From the IMG/VR virus record IMGVR_UViG_2603880148_000009: a stretch of DNA of 4,776 nt; one strand, written 5' to 3'. Below are positions 1-4,776 of this stretch, in pieces. Below the pieces are notes generated by a model that saw nothing but the letters and a program-made list of their open reading frames with translations, was not told the DNA's origin and did not search any database. Numbering within the stretch: position 1 is the first letter of the stretch; the number at the start of each line of letters is the position of its first letter. The stretch is from a virus (Duplodnaviria > Heunggongvirae > Uroviricota > Caudoviricetes). A program made the position numbers and the translations under genes.

Positions 1-64
1 GCAGTTCGCTGCATACCGGTCCGACCCCGTACTGCTCACGCAGCTTATCCAGCAGTGGCATCAT
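1..64 (-). CDS. IS3-family transposase OrfB, 5' fragment (continues beyond window)
   Basis: Mirror of 4723..4776; ATG overlaps orfA stop (ATGA) in the -1 frame, translation [18 protein letters not shown]...; typical orfA/orfB overlap of IS3 family. Confidence 0.6.
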   Translation of the reverse strand, partial: MMPLLDKLREQYGVGPVCSEL

Positions 65-387
65 TTTTTCCAGAGGCGGTCGAACTCCGCCTTCGCAAAA
101 TAAGCGGAAGCCTGGCGAAGGATATCGTTACTGCGGCGCAGTTCACGATTTTCACGTTCCAGCTCTTTCAGACGCTGACGTTCAGCGCTGGTGAGCCCAC
201 CATCACCGCCCCCGGTATCCCGCTCATGCTGGCGAACCCAGACACGCAGAGTCTCCGGCGTACAGCCAATCTTTGGGGCAATGGAACAAATTGCCGCCCA
301 CTGTGAGTCATATTCATCCTGACTTTCCAGAACCATACGAATCGCCCGCTGACGGACTTCGGGGGAAAAACGAGTATTTTTAGTCAT
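61..387 (-). CDS. IS3-family transposase OrfA (HTH, leucine-zipper-like C-terminus), IS629-like
   Basis: 108-aa [26 protein letters not shown]...; ATG at 385-387 (complement); identical protein to 4400..4726; matches my recollection of IS629/IS1203 OrfA. Confidence 0.9.
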   Translation of the reverse strand: MTKNTRFSPEVRQRAIRMVLESQDEYDSQWAAICSIAPKIGCTPETLRVWVRQHERDTGGGDGGLTSAERQRLKELERENRELRRSNDILRQASAYFAKAEFDRLWKK

Positions 388-412
388 CCTGTTTACCTCT
401 TTCTCAGGGAGT

Positions 413-853
413 TTAGTCTCCAGGATTTCCGGGGCGGTTCACTCCGGCATCTTTTTTATTGGTTTGGGGGAGTGGATTAATTACCCTCTCAAGGTGAGAT
501 TTATTGGTCCTGGAGTTTGGACTCGTGGATATAATCGTTCTTCGTGCGCACTCGGTATCATCTTCGACATACTTGGTTGTTTCCTGATTGTTACAGGAGT
601 CGTCAAGTTCTTCTGATGTAAAACCGCAAATGGGGCACGTAACGGGAATTTTGAAAAGCGTTTCTCCGGGTTCCAGAACAAAATTTTCTGCGGTCTGATT
701 TTGCTTCTCATATTTGTGCTCCGCGTCATTGTGAGAGCACATTCTTATTCTGAGTGCCTGTTTAAACTCACTGAAGCTGAGAGCTTCTTCGCCTTCGGCA
801 AGGCCTTCGAAGTATTCTTCGTAAGCCTTTTCCATGATTGTGTCGAAATCCAT
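413..853 (-). CDS. YdfB/YdfC-like prophage protein with CxxC motif; last ~9 codons and stop are encoded by IS sequence (3' end probably disrupted)
   Basis: ORF-track ORF 413..895; I prefer the ATG at 851-853 because it has an AGGTGA Shine-Dalgarno ~7 nt upstream and sits 1 nt after the ydfA stop, whereas the 895 ATG has no SD. Protein begins [17 protein letters not shown]..., contains TCPICG. Reading frame passes the IS junction at 441/442 with no stop. Confidence 0.5.
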   Translation of the reverse strand: MDFDTIMEKAYEEYFEGLAEGEEALSFSEFKQALRIRMCSHNDAEHKYEKQNQTAENFVLEPGETLFKIPVTCPICGFTSEELDDSCNNQETTKYVEDDTECARRTIISTSPNSRTNKSHLERVINPLPQTNKKDAGVNRPGNPGD

Positions 854-854
854 A

Positions 855-1010
855 TCACTCACCTGAGTTTCTTTCCAGCCAGCGACGGGCACCATTTTCG
901 GTTTTAAACGTTTTGCTTTTGGTATACGTCATCGCGGTGAACGTGCCGTCCTGATTGGGGAACACGCCACATACCAGAGATTCGCTGTTGCCAAGATCGA
1001 TAGTATCCAT
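855..1010 (-). CDS. ydfA: YdfA-like small prophage protein (51 aa)
   Basis: ATG at 1008-1010 (complement) preceded by GAGG SD; protein MDTIDLGNSESLVCGVFPNQDGTFTAMTYTKSKTFKTENGARRWLERNSGE; the 77-aa ORF-track version starts at a TTG at 1086-1088 and is less plausible. Position immediately downstream of dicA matches Qin prophage gene order (recall). Confidence 0.6.
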   Translation of the reverse strand: MDTIDLGNSESLVCGVFPNQDGTFTAMTYTKSKTFKTENGARRWLERNSGE

Positions 1011-1126
1011 GCTGACCTCATTTCCCCTTAACGCCGGGGTGGCGGAACTGTTTGCTGAGAACACCGTGCGGTGTGTTGATGTAAACAAGATTAGTCATAA
1101 CTAACATATTGGTCAAGTGATTTTGT

Positions 1127-1142
1127 ATGTTATGGCTAACAT
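1127..1142. promoter_or_regulatory. Palindrome ATGTTA-TGGC-TAACAT, candidate repressor-binding site between dicA and ydfA
   Basis: Perfect 6-bp inverted arms seen in sequence; shares GTTA...TAAC core with the two palindromes in the dicA-dicC intergenic region. Confidence 0.3.
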
Positions 1143-1151
1143 AATTGATAT

Positions 1152-1182
1152 AATAAAAGATAACTCATTGATGATGTTATCT
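1152..1182 (-). terminator. Candidate intrinsic terminator at dicA 3' end (possibly bidirectional)
   Basis: Inverted repeat AGATAAC (1158-1164) / GTTATCT (1176-1182) with 11-nt loop; T-rich runs on both sides (TTTTATTT on plus 1182-1189; AATAAAA on plus 1152-1157 = U-run on minus). Stem is AT-rich, so weak. Confidence 0.3.
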
Positions 1183-1584
1183 TTTATTTGTCCGCTGACG
1201 GGCTTTTAGTAATTCTTCAAAGAGTTTATTGAAATTTTTTACTCGAGCTCGCATTTCGGCGAGCTGGGTATCCTGTTCTGATTCTGGCAGTGCATTAAAC
1301 AGCTCAAGGAGCTCTAGTTCTTTGGGGGCTAAGGCAACCGGCTTCTCAACAGGTGGTGTTGGTTGCTTGTCTTCATCGCCAAATAGAATCCATGTTGGTG
1401 AGCATTGCAATACTTTGCTGAGGGCAAAAAGGTTCTTCCCTGTAGGTTCACTATCATCCCGTTCCCATTGTGATACAGACACATGGGAGATTTTCAGGGC
1501 TTTAGCAAGAGACCTTTGGGTGTGTTTGAGGTTTTTCCGACGATACCTAATGCGTTCGCCGATGGTTAAATTTTTTGTATCCAT
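1177..1584 (-). CDS. dicA: HTH XRE-family repressor, DicA-like (cI/C2-type prophage repressor)
   Basis: 135-aa ORF MDTKNLTIGERIRYRRKNLKHTQRSLAKALKISHVSVSQWERDDSEPTGKNLFALSKVL...; classic HTH_3 signature (Q-x-x-LA-x-x-x-x-IS-x-x-x-VS-x-WE); matches my recollection of E. coli Qin DicA almost residue for residue; divergent from a cro-like gene. Confidence 0.85.
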   Translation of the reverse strand: MDTKNLTIGERIRYRRKNLKHTQRSLAKALKISHVSVSQWERDDSEPTGKNLFALSKVLQCSPTWILFGDEDKQPTPPVEKPVALAPKELELLELFNALPESEQDTQLAEMRARVKNFNKLFEELLKARQRTNKR

Positions 1585-1586
1585 AG

Positions 1587-1600
1587 TTAGCTAATGCTAA
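1587..1600. promoter_or_regulatory. Palindrome TTAGC-TAAT-GCTAA, candidate operator adjacent to dicA start codon
   Basis: Perfect 5-bp inverted arms, 3 nt from the dicA ATG (1582-1584 complement); lies in the divergent dicA/dicC control region. Confidence 0.35.
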
Positions 1601-1604
1601 ATCG

Positions 1605-1633
1605 TATTGACTATGTTTTTGTTAACATCTATT
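1605..1633 (+). promoter_or_regulatory. Candidate sigma70 promoter for dicC (-35 TTGACT 1605-1610, 17-nt spacer, -10 TATTTT 1628-1633)
   Basis: Hexamers and spacing read directly from sequence; SD AAGGTG at 1654-1659 and ATG at 1668 follow. Confidence 0.35.
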
Positions 1634-1634
1634 T

Positions 1635-1652
1635 TGTTAGCCATGACTAACA
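1635..1652. promoter_or_regulatory. Palindrome TGTTAG-CCATGA-CTAACA, candidate operator overlapping the predicted dicC transcription start
   Basis: Perfect 6-bp inverted arms immediately downstream of the predicted -10; same GTTAG/CTAAC arms as the other two palindromes. Confidence 0.35.
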
Positions 1653-1667
1653 TCTAAGGTGTTTTAA

Positions 1668-1898
1668 ATGCTTAAAACTGACGCTCTTTTGTATTTCGGT
1701 TCAAAAACAAAACTTGCACAAGCAGCAGGTATTCGTTTGGCTTCGCTTTATAGCTGGAAAGGGGATTTAGTTCCCGAAGGTCGCGCGATGCGTCTACAGG
1801 AGGCATCTGGCGGGGAGCTTCAGTATGATCCCAAAGTTTATGACGAATATCGTAAGACGAAGCGGGCGGGGCGGTTGAACAATGAAAATCACTCCTGA
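1668..1898 (+). CDS. dicC: Cro-like regulator DicC-like
   Basis: 76-aa ORF MLKTDALLYFGSKTKLAQAAGIRLASLYSWKGD...; divergent from dicA across an 83-bp region with palindromes; matches my recollection of E. coli DicC. Confidence 0.8.
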   Translation: MLKTDALLYFGSKTKLAQAAGIRLASLYSWKGDLVPEGRAMRLQEASGGELQYDPKVYDEYRKTKRAGRLNNENHS

Positions 1899-2403
1899 AC
1901 AGGCTCGTGAGGCTCTGGATGCCTGGATATGTCGACCAGGAATGACACAGGAGCAGGCGACGATATTAATCACTGAAGCATTCTGGGCTTTGAAAGAGCG
2001 CCCGAACATCGATGTTCAGCGTGTCACATATGAAGGTGGCGCGGTTGATCAGCGAGCGCTTAGCGTTAATCGAGTGAAGATATTTGAACGCTGGAAGGCT
2101 ATCGACACCAGGGATAAGCGTGAAAAGTTCACAGCGCTAGTGCCTGCAATTATGGAGGCTATCCGGATTAGTGATTTCAGGTTGTATCGTGAAATTAGTG
2201 ACGGAAAGAGCATTACGTACATGATCGCTGGGTTAAATAAAGAATATGGCGATGTGGTGGAGTCCGGACTGCTTTTTGCAGATCCTGCCGTTGTAGATCG
2301 TGAAACTGACGAACTTATAGAAAAAGCAATTGCTTTCAAGCTTGCGTATCGACAGCAATACCAACAAAAAGCTGGATGGAATTATGAGCCTTCTTTTTGC
2401 TGA
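1882..2403 (+). CDS. YdaT-like prophage protein (putative toxic/regulatory protein downstream of cro-like gene)
   Basis: 173-aa ORF with ATG at 1882, overlapping dicC 3' end by 17 nt; the position (third gene after repressor/cro) and the general sequence character resemble YdaT-family proteins of Rac-like prophages; family assignment is from recall, not a search. Confidence 0.55.
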   Translation: MKITPEQAREALDAWICRPGMTQEQATILITEAFWALKERPNIDVQRVTYEGGAVDQRALSVNRVKIFERWKAIDTRDKREKFTALVPAIMEAIRISDFRLYREISDGKSITYMIAGLNKEYGDVVESGLLFADPAVVDRETDELIEKAIAFKLAYRQQYQQKAGWNYEPSFC

Positions 2404-3349
2404 ACGCCCACTGGTTATAAACACACAGCTTGCGATGAAGATTGGCTTAAACGAAGCCATTGTGTTGCAGCAACTGCATTACTGGTTGAGAGATACCAAT
2501 TCCGGCATGGAATGTGATGGTGTTCGCTGGATTTACAACACAACGGAACAATGGCTGGCGCAGTTCCCGTTCTGGTCAGAGTCAACGTTAAAGCGCGCGT
2601 TTGCAAGTCTGAAAACGCTGGGGCTTTTGCGTTGCGAAAAGCTCAATAAATCAAAGCGCGACATGACCAATTTCTACACGATCAACTATGGGAGCGATCT
2701 TTTAGATGGTGGCAAATTGAGCGAATCCATCAGTTCAAAATGCGTCGCTCCATCAGGTCAAAATGACATGATGGAAGAGGTCAAAATGAAACGCTCCATT
2801 GGTTCAAAACGACCCAATGTCATCGGGTCAAAATGGCCCGATGATCCTACAGAGAATACAACAGAGATTACTACAGAGAATAAAAACACTTTTCGTCCGG
2901 AAGCTTTGCAACCGGACCAGCAGACGGCTGAACAGGATTTTTTAATCCGGCACCCTGACGCAGTTGTGTTTAGTGCGAAAAAACGGCAGTGGGGTAGCAG
3001 GGAGGATTTGGCGTGTGCGCAGTGGATCTGGGGGCGGATCGTGGGTCTCTACGAACAGGCCGCCAGTGATGATGGCGAGATCATGCGACCAAAAGAGCCT
3101 AACTGGACTGCCTGGGCCAATGACGTGCGCACAATGCGGATGCTGGATGGCAGAAGCCACAGACAAATTTGCGAAATGTTTGGTCGGGTACAGCGAGATC
3201 CATTCTGGGTCAAAAACATCATGAGTCCGTCAAAGCTTCGCGAAAAATGGGATGAGCTGGTTATTCGCCTGGGGCGTTCGCCAATAAAGCGTTGTGTGAA
3301 TCATATTTCTGAACCGGATACCGAAATTCCGCCTGGTTTCAGGGGATAA
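2384..3349 (+). CDS. Phage replication initiator / replisome-organizer-like protein (N-terminal winged-helix DNA-binding domain, central linker containing the origin repeats, C-terminal domain)
   Basis: First ATG at 2384 (the ORF-track start at 2330 is a TTG that overlaps the upstream gene by 74 nt); N-terminus LVINTQLAMKIGLNEAIVLQQLHYWLR is HTH-like; the gene contains a DNA-level iteron array, as lambda O contains ori-lambda. Confidence 0.65.
   Translation: MSLLFAERPLVINTQLAMKIGLNEAIVLQQLHYWLRDTNSGMECDGVRWIYNTTEQWLAQFPFWSESTLKRAFASLKTLGLLRCEKLNKSKRDMTNFYTINYGSDLLDGGKLSESISSKCVAPSGQNDMMEEVKMKRSIGSKRPNVIGSKWPDDPTENTTEITTENKNTFRPEALQPDQQTAEQDFLIRHPDAVVFSAKKRQWGSREDLACAQWIWGRIVGLYEQAASDDGEIMRPKEPNWTAWANDVRTMRMLDGRSHRQICEMFGRVQRDPFWVKNIMSPSKLREKWDELVIRLGRSPIKRCVNHISEPDTEIPPGFRG
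2727..2835 (+). repeat. Iteron array: five direct repeats (consensus about CCATCAGGTCAAAATG) at 23-24 bp periodicity, putative replication origin inside the initiator gene
   Basis: TCAAAA cores at 2735, 2758, 2781, 2804, 2828; flanking bases also conserved (CCATCAGTTCAAAATG / CCATCAGGTCAAAATG / GAGGTCAAAATG / CCATTGGTTCAAAACG / CATCGGGTCAAAATG). Period is not a multiple of 3, so each copy is translated in a different frame, i.e. the repeat is conserved at DNA level, not protein level. Confidence 0.6.
2849..2882 (+). repeat. A-rich 12-bp tandem repeats (ACAGAGAATA / ACAGAGATTA / ACAGAGAATA) immediately downstream of iterons; candidate DNA-unwinding element of the origin
   Basis: Three copies starting at 2849, 2861, 2873, followed by AAAAAC; encodes TENTTEITTENKNT in the initiator linker. 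Confidence 0.4.
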
Positions 3350-3389
3350 GTGTTGATTTCAGGTCATGAGGTAATTTTAAGGGGGACTT

Positions 3390-3818
3390 GTGGCAAAAGT
3401 TTTTACACAAGAAGAGCGGGAAAAAATTAAAGGGCAGGTGGTGGAACTCGTGCGCCAGAGCGGTCGTGAGACGTTACGGCAACTGGAAGCCAAGACAGGT
3501 GCGACAAGATATCTGATGAGCGCTCTTGCCAGAGAGCTGGTTGCCAGTGGCGATGTATACAACTCTGGTTACGGGTTATTCCCGTCTGAACAGGCCCGTA
3601 AGGACTGGCAAAACGCCCGCAAAAAACTCTCGAGGGCAAAGGTGAAGAAACCCGCTGCGGTTGATCCAGACCTTATCTGGTCATTAGCTGACGGAGAAAT
3701 ACGTCGTTACGACAGACATCATAATATAATTTGTAGTGAGTGCCGTAAAAGCGAAGTTATGCAGCGTATATTGTCTTTTTATCAGGGAAATGTTCGATAT
3801 TTATTGAAGTATCAATAA
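3390..3818 (+). CDS. Hypothetical protein (142 aa), unknown function
   Basis: GTG start at 3390 preceded by strong SD AAGGGGG 5 nt upstream; no recognisable Walker motifs; C-terminal ~35 codons are markedly AT-rich; C-terminal HHNIICSECRK motif. Confidence 0.5.
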   Translation: MAKVFTQEEREKIKGQVVELVRQSGRETLRQLEAKTGATRYLMSALARELVASGDVYNSGYGLFPSEQARKDWQNARKKLSRAKVKKPAAVDPDLIWSLADGEIRRYDRHHNIICSECRKSEVMQRILSFYQGNVRYLLKYQ

Positions 3819-3913
3819 CCTATTTAAACATTCCTTAAACTCAGAGTAGACTGGGTTAACAATCTGTTTCAATTGCAAATTGACAATCTATAGCCAGCGC
3901 GACGGGAGTGTTC

Positions 3914-4348
3914 ATGTTTAGTCAGGTTGACATCGGTAGTTTCGGTAGTTTTACGGACCTCAGTTGGAAAAATAGCCTTAAGGATGCAGGTAACAATGTC
4001 CAGAATTTCAAGAGGCTTAACATCCTCTACGGACGGAACTACTCTGGTAAAACTACACTCTCACGAATTTTCCGCGCTTTGGAAACGGGGCGCATTCCAC
4101 ATAACTACGTGGACCCAAATTTTACTATTCGTGGTGACAAAGGTGATGTGACACAGGTAGGTCTTGCTGGTCATGGCTACGATGTTCGCGTCTACAACCG
4201 GGATTTTGTGAGCGATAACCTAAACTTCTTGGTCAATCAGACCGACGGCGAGATCAAGACGTTTGCTATCGTTGGTGAAAAGAATAAAGAAATCGAAGAT
4301 GCCATTACCGCAATTCAAACTAGGTTAGGCAGTGTTGAATCGAAGTGA
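3914..4348 (+). CDS. P-loop NTPase N-terminal fragment (Walker A GRNYSGKTT; AAA_13/ABC-ATPase-like), truncated by IS insertion; the stop codon TGA is the first three bases of the IS
   Basis: ATG at 3914 with GGGAG SD 5 nt upstream (the ORF-track GTG at 3908 overlaps the SD); Walker A at residues ~43-51; no Walker B or further ATPase motifs before the reading frame hits the IS terminus TGAACC at 4346; low GC relative to neighbours. Confidence 0.6.
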   Translation: MFSQVDIGSFGSFTDLSWKNSLKDAGNNVQNFKRLNILYGRNYSGKTTLSRIFRALETGRIPHNYVDPNFTIRGDKGDVTQVGLAGHGYDVRVYNRDFVSDNLNFLVNQTDGEIKTFAIVGEKNKEIEDAITAIQTRLGSVESK

Positions 4349-4399
4349 ACCGCCCCGGAAATCCTGGAGACTAAACTCCCTGAGAAAGAGGTAAACAGG

Positions 4400-4726
4400 A
4401 TGACTAAAAATACTCGTTTTTCCCCCGAAGTCCGTCAGCGGGCGATTCGTATGGTTCTGGAAAGTCAGGATGAATATGACTCACAGTGGGCGGCAATTTG
4501 TTCCATTGCCCCAAAGATTGGCTGTACGCCGGAGACTCTGCGTGTCTGGGTTCGCCAGCATGAGCGGGATACCGGGGGCGGTGATGGTGGGCTCACCAGC
4601 GCTGAACGTCAGCGTCTGAAAGAGCTGGAACGTGAAAATCGTGAACTGCGCCGCAGTAACGATATCCTTCGCCAGGCTTCCGCTTATTTTGCGAAGGCGG
4701 AGTTCGACCGCCTCTGGAAAAAATGA
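4400..4726 (+). CDS. IS3-family transposase OrfA, IS629-like
   Basis: 108-aa ORF identical to the protein of 61..387; run of six A immediately before the stop and orfB ATG overlapping the stop in the -1 frame. Confidence 0.9.
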   Translation: MTKNTRFSPEVRQRAIRMVLESQDEYDSQWAAICSIAPKIGCTPETLRVWVRQHERDTGGGDGGLTSAERQRLKELERENRELRRSNDILRQASAYFAKAEFDRLWKK

Positions 4727-4776
4727 TGCCACTGCTGGATAAGCTGCGTGAGCAGTACGGGGTCGGACCGGTATGC
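4723..4776 (+). CDS. IS3-family transposase OrfB, 5' fragment (continues beyond window)
   Basis: ATG at 4723 overlapping orfA TGA (ATGA), -1 frame relative to orfA; [18 protein letters not shown]... Confidence 0.6.
   Translation, partial: MMPLLDKLREQYGVGPVC

Larger units (their letters stand above)
1..441 (-). mobile_element. IS3-family insertion sequence (IS629/IS1203-like), partial copy running off the window start; orfA-proximal end at 441
   Basis: Positions 11..441 are the exact reverse complement of 4346..4776 as far as I checked (ends and both junctions); terminus reads TGAACCGCCCCGG on the element strand (TG end typical of IS3 family); contains orfA and the start of orfB in the -1 frame. 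Confidence 0.85.
4346..4776 (+). mobile_element. IS3-family insertion sequence (IS629/IS1203-like), partial copy running off the window end; orfA-proximal end at 4346
   Basis: Terminus TGAACCGCCCCGGAAATCCTGGAGACTAAACTCCCTGAGAAAGAGGTAAACAGG followed by orfA ATG; reverse complement of 11..441. Confidence 0.85.

Noticed and set aside
55-306. 83-aa plus-strand ORF (and its mirror 4481..4732 on minus) inside the IS
   Set aside because: Lies entirely antisense to the well-supported orfA transposase gene; appears in both copies only because the copies are inverted duplicates; no RBS evident.
413-895. 160-aa version of the ydfB/C-like ORF starting at ATG 893-895
   Set aside because: That start overlaps ydfA by 41 nt and lacks an SD; the ATG at 851-853 has AGGTGA upstream and sits 1 nt after the ydfA stop. 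Kept as alternative, not as primary call.
481-907. ORFs 481..729 (minus) and 701..907 (plus)
   Set aside because: Embedded in or antisense to the ydfB/C-like gene in other frames; short, no independent support.
855-1088. 77-aa version of ydfA
   Set aside because: Begins at a TTG (complement of 1086-1088) with no SD; the internal ATG at 1008-1010 has a GAGG SD and gives the expected ~51-aa product.
1229-1594. 121-aa plus-strand ORF antisense to dicA
   Set aside because: Completely overlaps the strongly supported dicA repressor gene on the opposite strand; low-complexity Ser-rich translation typical of antisense artefacts.
2330-2383. Upstream extension of the initiator gene to 2330
   Set aside because: Position 2330 is a TTG and the extension would overlap the upstream gene by 74 nt; first ATG at 2384 has a GGATGG-type SD.
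1794-2460. Minus-strand ORFs 1794..2009, 2049..2339, 2233..2460
   Set aside because: All antisense to the dicC/YdaT-like/initiator genes; hydrophobic low-complexity translations and no RBS; treated as shadow ORFs.
2727-2835. Possibility that the regularly spaced repeats are a CRISPR array
   Set aside because: Repeats are only ~16 bp with ~7-bp spacers, five copies, and lie inside a protein-coding gene; this fits iterons, not CRISPR (repeats 28-37 bp, spacers of similar length).
2415-3224. ORFs 2415..2606 (minus), 2942..3166 (minus), 2964..3224 (plus)
   Set aside because: Alternative-frame or antisense ORFs inside the initiator gene; Gly/Arg-rich translations characteristic of GC-rich off-frame reading.
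3377-3639. Minus-strand ORFs 3377..3562 and 3427..3639
   Set aside because: Antisense to the 142-aa ORF that has a strong SD; no support.
3867-3913. Promoter upstream of the ATPase fragment (TTGACA at 3880-3885, TTGCAA at 3873-3878)
   Set aside because: No acceptably spaced -10 hexamer could be found for either -35 candidate; left uncalled.
3927-4151. 74-aa plus-strand ORF in an alternative frame of the ATPase fragment
   Set aside because: Overlaps the Walker-A-containing frame, which is clearly the real one.
3914-4348. Interpretation of the ATPase fragment as the missing DnaC-like helicase loader of the replication module
   Set aside because: Walker A context (GRNYSGKTT preceded by a long N-terminal leader, low GC) does not resemble the DnaC/IstB GxxGxGKTHLA signature as I recall it; cannot be fully excluded without an HMM search.

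Overview
This window looks like the immunity and replication region of a Qin/Rac-type lambdoid (cryptic) prophage of E. coli/Shigella, bracketed by two inverted, apparently identical copies of an IS3-family insertion sequence that I recognise from memory as IS629/IS1203-like. Both IS copies have their orfA-proximal ends facing inward (left copy 1..441 on the minus strand, right copy 4346..4776 on the plus strand; both run off the window). The 3.9 kb between them carries, in order: a ydfB/ydfC-like ORF whose 3' end runs into the left IS, ydfA, dicA (cI-type repressor), divergent dicC (cro-like), a YdaT-like ORF, a replication initiator containing an internal iteron array, a 142-aa ORF of unknown function, and the N-terminal 144 codons of a P-loop ATPase whose reading frame is terminated by the first bases of the right IS. 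The most interesting signals are the intragenic iteron origin, the IS-truncated low-GC ATPase (a candidate phage-defence remnant), and the IS-bounded arrangement of a complete immunity-plus-origin unit. All homology statements are from recall of protein sequences; no database search was possible.
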